This document shows, piece by piece, positions 47,400-58,405 of a stretch of 64,000 nucleotides of DNA (its first letter is position 1; each line of letters begins with the position of its first letter). The position numbers were made by a program, and so were the translations under genes. Below the pieces are notes generated by a model. It made no database searches, was not told where the DNA came from, and saw only the letters and a program-made list of their open reading frames with translations. Origin of the DNA: Oscillospiraceae bacterium (GTDB lineage Bacteria; Bacillota; Clostridia; Oscillospirales; Ruminococcaceae); the NCBI GenBank assembly GCA_018434245.1, contig JAHDPQ010000003.1, forward strand, positions 10,972 to 74,971, read 5' to 3'.

Positions 47400-48993
47400 C
47401 GATGCCTACCTTTCTGTCCAGCAGCTTGGGAAACACCTGGACGATACTGTGATGGCTGACCAACTCATCCACCTCAAAGCCGGTGAGGGTGTAGCCATGA
47501 ACCAGCATTAAATCTGCCAGAGAGCGCTTAATCCGGCGCAAGGGTTCCACCAACCCTTCGGCACACCACATGGAAAACTCCACCTTGTGACCGCTTTCCA
47601 AAAACTGCAGCTCCATAGATCCCACCGATTCCGCTTCCACCGAAAGGAAGATCTTTCTCGCCCGCTCCTCCTCGCTGCCGCCCCGGGGACGCTCGCCGCT
47701 GTCGGGGTCCACATACATTTCAGAATAAATCCGGCCGTCGGGGGTTTCCATAGGCAGGATAAAGTGGAGCACGTTCATCATGGAGCTTTGATTTTGCAGT
47801 AGGGACAAAAGAAGGCTCTCGGCCTGACGCAGAGCCACTGGAGTGGCCTCGGAGTTGTGCAGGGTCTGAGAGACCACAGAGGCCAACTTTCCCAGCACCT
47901 CGTTTTCGGAGAATCTGGCCTTGTTGGCTCCCCGCACCAGAGATTCGTGGAGGTTGGCTTCAAAGTGTTCCCCCAGATTGGCCACCCGGGACAGGGTATC
48001 GATCAGGCGGCCCACCGCATCCTCCAAGGATTCGGGTGTGCCCTTATCCACCCGGACAATGTTGTGAACCACCACCATCACTAAATCCCGGATACCCTCG
48101 CTCTGGTGGTACTTGACCACCACCTCCCCCAACAGGGGAAGAAGATTGTTCTTAAGCACCTTGGCGGCTTCGGAGGGCTCTACTCCCAAGCGGTTGTCGG
48201 AGTAGGCGGAAAGTCCCGGGTCCCGGCGCAGCTGGTCCAGCAGAGCCAGCTCCTCCTCGGTGAGGGGCTGGCCCGTAGCCGGATGAAGGCCTGGTCTGTC
48301 GGGGTGGGGAAGCAGCAGGTTGCCCTCTCGGTCCAGCAGTCCGGCAGTTGCCAAAGCGTGACTAGTGGGGCTGTGATTCGGCATCAGCATATCTGCCAGT
48401 TTCTCCAGATATTCCCCGAACTGGGCCCGATCTCCAGAAAACATATAGTCCAGCAGGTTTTCGCACTGGTAGAGTATAGTCTTGACGGAGTGATCTAGAT
48501 TGACGTTGTACTCAAACACCTTGAGCAGATTGGTCACCGCATCCCGAATGGCGGGATTGTCGGGGAACTTGCCCAAAATATCCCGCAGCACATCAAAGGC
48601 TTCTCCCTGAAAGAGAATGCCGGTTTCGTCCTGTTGCAGCAGCAAATCCAGCAGGCGGTCGGGGGAGACAAACAGAGCGTTAAGCAGCTCCCGCATGGGA
48701 TTGGTGGCGATAATATCGGAGGTAGCAAGGCCCATCTCCAGCATGGCCACCATCTTCTGAATCTGCGCAATGCCGTCGTTGGTCCCCCGCAGCAGTGGAG
48801 CCACTGCGGTTCGGCCCAGGGTTTCCCGCAGAGCCTGACCTCCCGCCTCCCGATCCCGCACATCCCGATCCTGCTCCGCCTTGTTGACCTTGCCCGGATG
48901 GTGCAGGTGAAAGGCCTGCTCGGTCACAGGACGATTGGACCCCAGGTTTTCCTTTGGAATCATGGGGGTTGTTATTTTGGTGATTTCTGCCAT
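47386..48993 (-). CDS. Hypothetical protein with a probable FliK-like C-terminal domain (YlqG-like)
   Basis: Overlaps the FlhB-C gene as in ylqG-ylqH pairs; C-terminal beta-rich segment FLSVEAESVGSMEL..VEFSMWC..LADLM..GYTL. Confidence 0.5.
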   Translation of the reverse strand: MAEITKITTPMIPKENLGSNRPVTEQAFHLHHPGKVNKAEQDRDVRDREAGGQALRETLGRTAVAPLLRGTNDGIAQIQKMVAMLEMGLATSDIIATNPMRELLNALFVSPDRLLDLLLQQDETGILFQGEAFDVLRDILGKFPDNPAIRDAVTNLLKVFEYNVNLDHSVKTILYQCENLLDYMFSGDRAQFGEYLEKLADMLMPNHSPTSHALATAGLLDREGNLLLPHPDRPGLHPATGQPLTEEELALLDQLRRDPGLSAYSDNRLGVEPSEAAKVLKNNLLPLLGEVVVKYHQSEGIRDLVMVVVHNIVRVDKGTPESLEDAVGRLIDTLSRVANLGEHFEANLHESLVRGANKARFSENEVLGKLASVVSQTLHNSEATPVALRQAESLLLSLLQNQSSMMNVLHFILPMETPDGRIYSEMYVDPDSGERPRGGSEEERARKIFLSVEAESVGSMELQFLESGHKVEFSMWCAEGLVEPLRRIKRSLADLMLVHGYTLTGFEVDELVSHHSIVQVFPKLLDRKVGIDVRI

Positions 48994-49262
48994 GAGGCAT
49001 CCCGCTCTTTCTCCCGGATGGCCACCGTGTCGCCGTCAAATTGCTTGCAGCAAATTACGGCTGTCCCCACACTATATTGGTATGAGATAAAGGGCCGATG
49101 GGTACTGTATTCATATTACTTCATAATCTACAAAAAAGTCAACGCAGCACAGCCACAGGTTTTACCAGATAGATTTTTGTCGAAAAAAATGTTACACTGT
49201 AAAGGTATCATAATATATATCGGTAGGACTCCATACAATCTTTATGGGAAGGAGGAGCTAAC

Positions 49263-49475
49263 ATGAACGAATTATTCGGCAACCGCATTCAGCCTGCCTG
49301 CCGCCACTGCGAAAGCGCCTATCCCACCGAAAGTGAAGGATTTCGCCACTGCTACAAAAAAGGAATCGTCAAGGAAGATTTTTCCTGCCGCTCCTTCCGG
49401 TACGATCCCCTTTCACGGGTTCCCCGCCGCCCCTTGGAGTTGGAGCGGCTGGAAGCGGAAGATTTTTCCCTGTAA
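49263..49475 (+). CDS. Small Cys-rich hypothetical protein
   Basis: AAGGAGGAG RBS; CRHC..C..C then FRYDPLSRVP. Confidence 0.65.
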   Translation: MNELFGNRIQPACRHCESAYPTESEGFRHCYKKGIVKEDFSCRSFRYDPLSRVPRRPLELERLEAEDFSL

Positions 49476-49522
49476 CCTGCAGGCCATTCATACATACGCT
49501 TGAAATAACCTAGGAGAATGCC

Positions 49523-51577
49523 ATGATGAAAGTTCCATACACTAAATTAATATCCGCCTTTTGTTTGCTGCTGGCCGTCCTTCTGATGGTGAGCGCCTGT
49601 GCTCCCCGCACCCAGCCCAGCCCCTCTGCTGAGGCGTCCCAGGCTGTCAGCGCATCAGAAGAGCCGGTGGAGCCGAAGCAGTCCCCTGGAGGAGAACACG
49701 AGCCTTCAGAACCGGAATCTTTGGAGCCTGAGTCTGAATGGGCCTTCTCTGAGGAAGAGCCCTTTCCCGGGGACTTGCCGGAAACCGCCGATACTCCAGC
49801 GATCCAGCCTTCTTCCACCCAAGAGGGAGCTGGTGTCTACTCCCCGGCGGCACAGTCGGTTGTTCCCCTCTCCCTCAATGGAGGGGCGGTCACGCCGCAG
49901 TTGAACCTGACCATCCCCCAGACCTTTTCCGTCAGCCGTCCCCAAAAGGCTATCACCACCACCTTAGCCGCCTATTATATCATGGGGACCTCCAATCCCT
50001 CCGCCCCCCTCTACTTTGACGGGCAGGAGGTGGAGCGACTGGGAACCAAAGGCGTCTGGGGTGTCTACGTTCAGCTGGCTCTGGGAACCAACAACTTTTC
50101 CGTCCGTCAGGGGGATCAGACCGTCACCGTATCCATCACTCGCCGGGCCGTGCCGGGAGTTCAGCCCATCAGCATCATCACCGCCGGCTCCATGTACCCT
50201 GCCGTACAGGGCGGCGTCAAAGTAGGAGAAAATCTGGCGGTGGAGTGTGTGGCTCCCTCCGGAGCAACGGTAACCGCCACCTTTGAAGGCAAAACTGTCA
50301 CCCTGCAGCAGGTCGCCAACGCAAATTCCGGCGTTCCCGCCACCTTTAAGGGAGAAATCCCCGTGGGAACTGATTATCCCGCAGGAGTCACCACCAAGGT
50401 GGGCAAGGTGAGCTATCAGTTGACCTGGGGCGGCAAAACAACCAAGTACCAGTCTCAGGGAGATGTGTTTGTGGCGGGATCGGGAAGCTACATCGCCGTT
50501 CGGGTGACAGCCTATCAGGGCCTTGTCTACGATGACCCCAAAATGCCCGGCGTCTTCCGGGAAAAGCTGCGCACCGGAGCCGCCGATTACGTCTACTCGG
50601 AGGATAACGCCTATTACCGCCTTTACTCGGGAGGCTATATCCCCAAAAGCCTGTGCGAAATCGTGGAGGGTGAGGTGCGGATCGGCAACAAGATCACCTC
50701 TGTCTCCACCTCCATCCACGAGGACGGAGAACGCTACACCTTCCACGGCATTGCCACCCCCGCCTACCGGGTGGGCCGGGGAGAGGGCCACACCTTTGTC
50801 CTCACCACCTACAACACCAACGGCACCCAGCCGGTGAACGTGTCCTCCTCCCGCCTGTTTTCGGGAGTGCGGTCCACCGCCAACCAGAACAACAGCGTCA
50901 GCTATGTGTTCGATTTTAAAGACACCGGACGCTATTGGGGCTATCTGGTGCAGTTTGACGGGAACGACCTGGTGCTGAGCTTCCAGTATAAGCCCACACT
51001 TTCCGGCGGTTCCACCCCCTTAAAGGGAGTAAAGATCATGCTGGACCCCGGTCACGGGGGACATGACCCGGGTGCGTTGGGCTTTTCCGGTACCAAGGGC
51101 CCCGACGAAAACACCCTGAATCTGGCCAATGCCTATGCGGTGCGGAACAAGCTGACCGCTTTGGGGGCGGAGGTTGTTTTTACCCGCAGCCGACTGGATG
51201 AGTACCTCTCTCTGGACGAACGGCTTCAGTCCTTTGAAGAAAGCGGCGCTCACCTATTCCTGTCCCTGCACCACAACTCTTTAGGCGAAAGCAGCGACGG
51301 AAACAAGACTACGGGAACCGAAATCTACTACCACACCAACCAGTCCGCCACGGCTGCCGCCCGCCTAGTCGAGGCCTATACCACACAGGTGAACCGCATT
51401 AACCGAGGGGCTAAAAATGGATACTACCGGGTGACACTGCTGCCCCAGTCCCCCTCCATGCTGTTGGAAATGGGCTTTATTTGCCATCCGGTGGAGTACG
51501 AGAATCTCACCAACCCCGCCGTCATTGAGCAGTCGGCTCAGGGAATCGCCAACGGCATTCTGGCGGCGCTGCGGTAA
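49523..51577 (+). CDS. N-acetylmuramoyl-L-alanine amidase (Amidase_3), lipoprotein
   Basis: Lipobox-like VSAC, P/E/S-rich linker, IMLDPGHGG, E (DENTLN), SLHHN, LLEMGF. Confidence 0.87.
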   Translation: MMKVPYTKLISAFCLLLAVLLMVSACAPRTQPSPSAEASQAVSASEEPVEPKQSPGGEHEPSEPESLEPESEWAFSEEEPFPGDLPETADTPAIQPSSTQEGAGVYSPAAQSVVPLSLNGGAVTPQLNLTIPQTFSVSRPQKAITTTLAAYYIMGTSNPSAPLYFDGQEVERLGTKGVWGVYVQLALGTNNFSVRQGDQTVTVSITRRAVPGVQPISIITAGSMYPAVQGGVKVGENLAVECVAPSGATVTATFEGKTVTLQQVANANSGVPATFKGEIPVGTDYPAGVTTKVGKVSYQLTWGGKTTKYQSQGDVFVAGSGSYIAVRVTAYQGLVYDDPKMPGVFREKLRTGAADYVYSEDNAYYRLYSGGYIPKSLCEIVEGEVRIGNKITSVSTSIHEDGERYTFHGIATPAYRVGRGEGHTFVLTTYNTNGTQPVNVSSSRLFSGVRSTANQNNSVSYVFDFKDTGRYWGYLVQFDGNDLVLSFQYKPTLSGGSTPLKGVKIMLDPGHGGHDPGALGFSGTKGPDENTLNLANAYAVRNKLTALGAEVVFTRSRLDEYLSLDERLQSFEESGAHLFLSLHHNSLGESSDGNKTTGTEIYYHTNQSATAAARLVEAYTTQVNRINRGAKNGYYRVTLLPQSPSMLLEMGFICHPVEYENLTNPAVIEQSAQGIANGILAALR

Positions 51578-51602
51578 CCCTTGTTTTTCACGATGAATAC
51601 AG

Positions 51603-51638
51603 AAAAGCCCGGAATCTTCTTTGAAGATTCCGGGCTTT
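51603..51638. terminator. Bidirectional terminator between the amidase and groEL
   Basis: AAAGCCCGGAATCTTC-TTT-GAAGATTCCGGGCTTT. Confidence 0.85.
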
Positions 51639-51663
51639 GTGTTGCGGTAAAATGGTTTGGCGA

Positions 51664-53289
<1,626 letters not shown>

Positions 53290-53335
53290 TTATACAACCT
53301 CCATATCGTTAGTAAAGTAAAGAGCAGTGGGAAGA

Positions 53336-53635
<300 letters not shown>

Positions 53636-53692
53636 TTAAAAATTAATATGGGCCGCGAATGCATCCTTTTTAGCAAAATGCCGCCCGGCCTG

Positions 53693-53719
53693 CTAGCACT
53701 CGCAGCCTTTGAGTGCCAA
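53693..53719. promoter_or_regulatory. CIRCE operator (HrcA site)
   Basis: CTAGCACTC-N9-GAGTGCCAA versus consensus TTAGCACTC-N9-GAGTGCTAA, upstream of groES. Confidence 0.9.
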
Positions 53720-54050
53720 ATACTATTTTATCCATTTTTAGAGAAAAATCAAGGGGGTATCCAAAAAATTTAATATCTTTATAAATTATTCACAATTTAT
53801 CCATGATTCTTTGTAAACCCTTGATGGAATGCGGGTTTGGTAAGGATGTATTCCATCTCGAACCGAAACCCTCTGGCCCGGCTCCGAAAAATCGCCGAAA
53901 AATAAAGTGTCTGCCGTAAATTTTTAAAGTCAGGTTTCGGCTTGCCTCATCCAAGATGGACACCAACAAGGAACCATGCTCTTTTGCAGAAAAGAGCATG
54001 GTTCCTATTGCAAATCTACCGACAATAGAATATAGTAGGGAGCGCAGTCA

Positions 54051-56384
54051 TTAGTTTCTGCGCAAAGCCATCCCCAGCACGGTGATATCGTCCTCATGAC
54101 CGTCGGTACGGCGCATTTTGGCAGTGACGGCCAGTTTTTCGCACAGCTGCTGCACATCATCGTTTTTGAGGGCGGCAAGCTCCGACTTAATCCAATCGGT
54201 TCCGGTTCCCGTCACTCCATCGGACACCATCACCACCATATCCCCTTCGTGAAGGGTGACGCCGCTTTTTTCAAAGCTGACCCCGTGCAGAATTCCCGCG
54301 GGCAGGGAGGCGGATTCCACATAGCCCGCCTTCCCCGCCTTGATGAGAAAGGTGGGAGCAGCCCCTGCCTTGTAAAAGCTGGCCCGCCCGGTGAAGAGAT
54401 CTAAGGTACAGACATCCACCGTGGCCAGGGATTCATCCCCCGACTTGACCAGCAGGGCTGAGTTGACCAGCTTGAGAGCCGCCTCGTACCCCACCCCCAC
54501 CGAAATCAGCCGTGCCAGAAGGTTACAGGTCATGGTAGAGTCCACGGCGGCGCTGCCACCACTGCCCATGCCATCGGACAGGATAAAGTGGGCGCAGCCT
54601 CCCCGGTTGGGAAGGAACTCGTAGGCGTCGCCGCAAAGACGGCTGCCGCTATGGGATAGCTGATAGGCTCCAAATTCCACCGAGTAGGTGGCCTTTTCGC
54701 AGAAGGAAAAAGTGGTGAGCTTGTCCCTAGGGATGATCTCCGGGGCATCAAATTCCGCCTCTAGCAGAGCACAGAGGTCCAGGGTGGTTTTGTTGCCCAT
54801 AATTCGGGCCACCTGATAGCTGGGAACCACCAGCACCACTCCCAGCCGCCCAAAGCGGTCCACGGTACAGCTCAACCGGTGAGGAGTGATGTTCTGCCGG
54901 GTAAAGTAGTCCCGCACCCGCTCACTTTTCTGAAAGTCAATGGGTTTGGCGGAACAAAGCTCCTCCCCCAGCTCTTCCAACATCATGGACATCCCCTCAA
55001 ACTGATCCCCCAGCACTGCTCTTACCTTGGCCACCTTCCGCTGGACCCCATCCCGGGCTAGGTAGGAGCTAAACTGGGTGTTGAGCTCCGATGTGAGGGC
55101 GTCCATGCGGCAACAGTGCTGCTGAAAGTGGCGGGGCAGCTGATCTTGAGAAAGGCTTCCGTCCCGGCGCAACCGGGCAATACACTCCTGAAAGGCTTCG
55201 GTCACCACGGAGTGGCGCAGCTGCCAGCAGTTGGTTTTCATGCCGCAACCCGAGCAGACCCGCTCGGCTACGCGGTCGGCAATCTGGGCCGGGCTAAGGT
55301 CCTCCCGGGCGCCGAGCTTTTCGCTGACTGCGCGGGTGGTGGAGCCGATCTCCCGTAGGGCGGCGGACATATCCCCCAGCCGTTCCGACAGAGCCGCCTG
55401 AGGGGAGGCATCGCAGTGAGGCGCTCCTCCCAAGTCGTGAAGCCGCAGCTTGATGGCCACACTTCCCGGAATGGCCACAAAGCAAAGACTTGCCACAAAT
55501 ACTTCAAAGATCGCGGTGTTCACCTGCTGAAACTCCATGGTCAGCAAGGCGGTGACGGTGTTGATCACAATAAAGGCGGCGGCGGTGGCAATTCGCCCCA
55601 CCTGCCCCAACAGCCCGGCAGTCAGACCGCCAAAGGCGTAGGCTGTGATGACATAGGCGAAGTCCCCTCCGGCCAGCCCCACCGATATTCCGGCAGCCAC
55701 ACCGCAGATAGCGCCTCCCGCCTCCCGTCCATATCGGGCGCAGAGGAGAATGCAGAGCACCGCCAGAATGCGCCCCACAGAAAGTCCCCCCACCTCAATA
55801 GAGGTCAAGCCGATGAGAAGGACACAGGCAGAGATGGCAACGCAGCTCAGGTCGCTCCGCCCCACCCCGTGAATCCCCATGGGAAGCACTTCCAGAGAGC
55901 GGGCTAAAAAATAGGTGGTTCCGCATCCCAGAAACAGCTCGGCAAAGGTGAGGATGGCATCGTAAGGGGTTCTGTCCCCCAGAAAAAAGGAAGCCGCGCC
56001 GCAGATACCTAGGCAGGCCAGACAGGTGAGCACCGCTGCCGCCGGCTTCCACCCCTCCTGAAAGCGGTCCCCAAAGAGCCACTTGACACAGACGACAAGA
56101 CCCGCCGCTAGTATGTATTTAAAGTTTGCCAGCAAATTTCCGCTCAAAAGGTATCCAATCACCGCCCCAGCTGCCGCCCCCATGGCATCTGTCCCACCTA
56201 GGGCAGAGGCAAGGGCCACGGCAAAGGGAGAGACCCCCCCAAACAAAAAGCAGTTGGCCATGACAAATCCCGCGGCGGCAGCGCCCAGCATCCGCAGCCA
56301 CTTTGCATAAACATCCGCCATCTGCCGCACCCACCGAAGAATCGAGATCTTTGCTACGTCCGTTCTGTTTTGCATTCCACTCAC
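54051..56384 (-). CDS. spoIIE: Stage II sporulation protein E (membrane PP2C phosphatase)
   Basis: About 10 N-terminal TMs, Cys cluster (C.GC....CW), CGDAY, LSDGMGSG, ATVD, MVSDGV, DDITV; start may be the ATG at 56375. Confidence 0.88.
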   Translation of the reverse strand: MSGMQNRTDVAKISILRWVRQMADVYAKWLRMLGAAAAGFVMANCFLFGGVSPFAVALASALGGTDAMGAAAGAVIGYLLSGNLLANFKYILAAGLVVCVKWLFGDRFQEGWKPAAAVLTCLACLGICGAASFFLGDRTPYDAILTFAELFLGCGTTYFLARSLEVLPMGIHGVGRSDLSCVAISACVLLIGLTSIEVGGLSVGRILAVLCILLCARYGREAGGAICGVAAGISVGLAGGDFAYVITAYAFGGLTAGLLGQVGRIATAAAFIVINTVTALLTMEFQQVNTAIFEVFVASLCFVAIPGSVAIKLRLHDLGGAPHCDASPQAALSERLGDMSAALREIGSTTRAVSEKLGAREDLSPAQIADRVAERVCSGCGMKTNCWQLRHSVVTEAFQECIARLRRDGSLSQDQLPRHFQQHCCRMDALTSELNTQFSSYLARDGVQRKVAKVRAVLGDQFEGMSMMLEELGEELCSAKPIDFQKSERVRDYFTRQNITPHRLSCTVDRFGRLGVVLVVPSYQVARIMGNKTTLDLCALLEAEFDAPEIIPRDKLTTFSFCEKATYSVEFGAYQLSHSGSRLCGDAYEFLPNRGGCAHFILSDGMGSGGSAAVDSTMTCNLLARLISVGVGYEAALKLVNSALLVKSGDESLATVDVCTLDLFTGRASFYKAGAAPTFLIKAGKAGYVESASLPAGILHGVSFEKSGVTLHEGDMVVMVSDGVTGTGTDWIKSELAALKNDDVQQLCEKLAVTAKMRRTDGHEDDITVLGMALRRN

Positions 56385-56463
56385 TCCAAGCCCAGATCAG
56401 TTTTTATAGCGCCGAAATGATTGATAAAGCATCTTCTTTCCATTGCTATTTACAACTAATCCC

Positions 56464-56497
56464 ATGATACTCGGGAGCGGGCCTGTAATTTGTCGAA
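56464..56497 (-). promoter_or_regulatory. Candidate Spo0A-activated spoIIE promoter
   Basis: Perfect 0A box TGTCGAA at 56491-56497 overlapping a -35-like TCGACA, 21 bp spacer, TATCAT. Confidence 0.6.
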
Positions 56498-56614
56498 GCG
56501 TTGCGCCTTTGGACGCAGCTGGTCAAAGAGGTTAAATATTTCCTTTTATGCATAACGGGAGCCCAAACGGCTCAACATTATAGTGTTAAGTCCAAGAACA
56601 AGGGGGACTATGTC

Positions 56615-57490
56615 TTGCAGTATCCTAAGCTTTTATCGGCTCTGCTGATTTTCGCGATTTTGTTGGCCGGCTGTATGGGACAGGATCGCCTGAAGAAAGA
56701 GTTCTCATCCATTGCGGAAGCATGGGAGGAAGAATCATCTTCAGAGGCTGAGCCTTCTCGCATCACTTTGTCCCAGCCCTCTTTTCCGGAAGAGAGAGAG
56801 CTTTCCGACCAGCCGCCGGAGTCTTCCTCCATTGTGATACCGGAAAAGCGGGAGCCCCCAGGCCCAAGTACCTCCCGGCCGCCAGGCCCTCAGACGCCGA
56901 CGAATTCCAGGGAAAGCGCCCCTACTTCCCAAGCTCCATCGACTTTACAGGATACTCCCCCTGCCGATTCCCGGTCCGGCGGCGGCTCCGGTGCCGTCAT
57001 CTGGCCGTCGCCTCAGGCCGAGACTCCAAAGGCACCGGAAACAGCCACGGCGGCGGAGGGAATCGACACCCAGCAATTTGAAACTGAGCTGATTCGTCTG
57101 ATCAATGCCGAGCGGGAAGAACACGGCAGGCAAGCTTTGTCTTTGGAGGACAACATGCGCTGGGCCGCCCGCATCCGGGCTGCCGAAGTGCTGGTCAACC
57201 TTTCCCACACCCGGCCCGACGGCACCTCCTACTACACCGCCTTTGACGAAGCTGGATTTGTGTATGCCGGCAAATGGCACGGGGAAAACATCAGCTATAT
57301 GGAATTTTCGGGGATGTCCTACGACACCGCTTCCGCTGCCCGCTACATGTTCGATGAGCTGCGGAGCAGCCCCGGACACTACACCAACATGCTCAACGAA
57401 AACTTTGCTCAGATCGGCGTGGGAGTAGAGATGGAGTCTATCAATGGCCGGGTAAGAATCGGTTCGGCTCAGATGTTCGCCGGGCTGTAA
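56615..57490 (+). CDS. CAP/SCP domain lipoprotein with S/P/T-rich linker
   Basis: TTG at 56615 after AAGGGGG, lipobox LAGC, LINAERE, SHTRPDG, GENI, SPGHYTNML, IGVG. Confidence 0.8.
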   Translation: MQYPKLLSALLIFAILLAGCMGQDRLKKEFSSIAEAWEEESSSEAEPSRITLSQPSFPEERELSDQPPESSSIVIPEKREPPGPSTSRPPGPQTPTNSRESAPTSQAPSTLQDTPPADSRSGGGSGAVIWPSPQAETPKAPETATAAEGIDTQQFETELIRLINAEREEHGRQALSLEDNMRWAARIRAAEVLVNLSHTRPDGTSYYTAFDEAGFVYAGKWHGENISYMEFSGMSYDTASAARYMFDELRSSPGHYTNMLNENFAQIGVGVEMESINGRVRIGSAQMFAGL

Positions 57491-57552
57491 CCAAGGGCAA
57501 GGCCCACCGCCGGTACCCAATGGACAAACGTTTTCCATTTGCATCGCAGCGA

Positions 57553-57588
57553 AAAGCCGGAGCGCAATCAGTCGCGCTCCGGCTTTTC
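57553..57588 (+). terminator. Rho-independent terminator
   Basis: AAAGCCGGAGCGC..GCGCTCCGGCTTTT. Confidence 0.7.
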
Positions 57589-57659
57589 GTTTATTCCGAT
57601 GCCTTTGTGGCCACCGAAGCCCCCTTATCCCCTGCCTTGGGAAAAAGTATCCGGCGGTA

Positions 57660-57688
57660 TTGCGTCCTCTCCCAAGATGGTCTATAAT
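57660..57688 (+). promoter_or_regulatory. SigA promoter for mscL
   Basis: TTGCGT-17 bp-TATAAT. Confidence 0.65.
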
Positions 57689-57830
57689 GTAGAAAGTTCT
57701 GGCAAATGGATGGGTGCAAACTCACTTTCATTCCGATGAACCGGGATCGGAAGCACCCCCGGGCCTCTGCCCCCAAAGCAGTTGCGGTGGACGGGGACAT
57801 GGCCCTAAAAAGCATGCAGGAGGAAGAAAT

Positions 57831-58241
57831 ATGAAGAAGTTTTTGCAAGAGTTCCAGACGTTTGCCCTCAAGGGCAACGTGATGAATCTGGCGGTAGGCG
57901 TCATCATCGGCGCAGCGTTTCAGGGAGTGGTCACCTCCCTTACCGACAACATCCTCTCCCCCCTTATTGGTTTGTTCGCCCGCCAAAACTTTGACGACAA
58001 AGCGGTGGAGTTTTTGGGAGTTACCCTGCGGTACGGAGCATTTCTCACCTCGGTGATCAACTTTTTGATTATGGCCTTTGTGGTGTTTTTGTTGGTGCGG
58101 GCCATGAACCGACTGATGCCGGAAAAAAAGCCCGAGCCTACCGCCCTCAAGCCCAAGTGCCCTTACTGCCTCACCGAGATTCAGGAGGGAGCCACCCGCT
58201 GCCCCGCCTGCACCTCCAGCTTGGAAGTAGTACAGGCGTAG
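57831..58241 (+). CDS. mscL: Large-conductance mechanosensitive channel with a C-terminal zinc ribbon
   Basis: FLQEFQTFALKGNVMNLAVGVIIGAAF, YGAFLTSVINFLI, CPYC..CPAC. Confidence 0.93.
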   Translation: MKKFLQEFQTFALKGNVMNLAVGVIIGAAFQGVVTSLTDNILSPLIGLFARQNFDDKAVEFLGVTLRYGAFLTSVINFLIMAFVVFLLVRAMNRLMPEKKPEPTALKPKCPYCLTEIQEGATRCPACTSSLEVVQA

Positions 58242-58405
58242 CAGTACATCTTAAAATCGCAACATCCACCGCTGACGGCAGGGCACACTGCAGCCGGCGG
58301 TGGATGCTTTTTTATGCCAAAACAGACCGGGCGAAGCCGGCTATGCAGCTTCGCCCGGTTTATCGAATGCCCGGGAAAGGGTTCTCTCCCGTCGGCAGGC
58401 GTCCA

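Noticed and set aside
57699-57722. GGCAAA..GCAAA resembling a c-di-GMP-I riboswitch
   Set aside because: There is no GNRA-capped stem between the two words and the geometry is wrong
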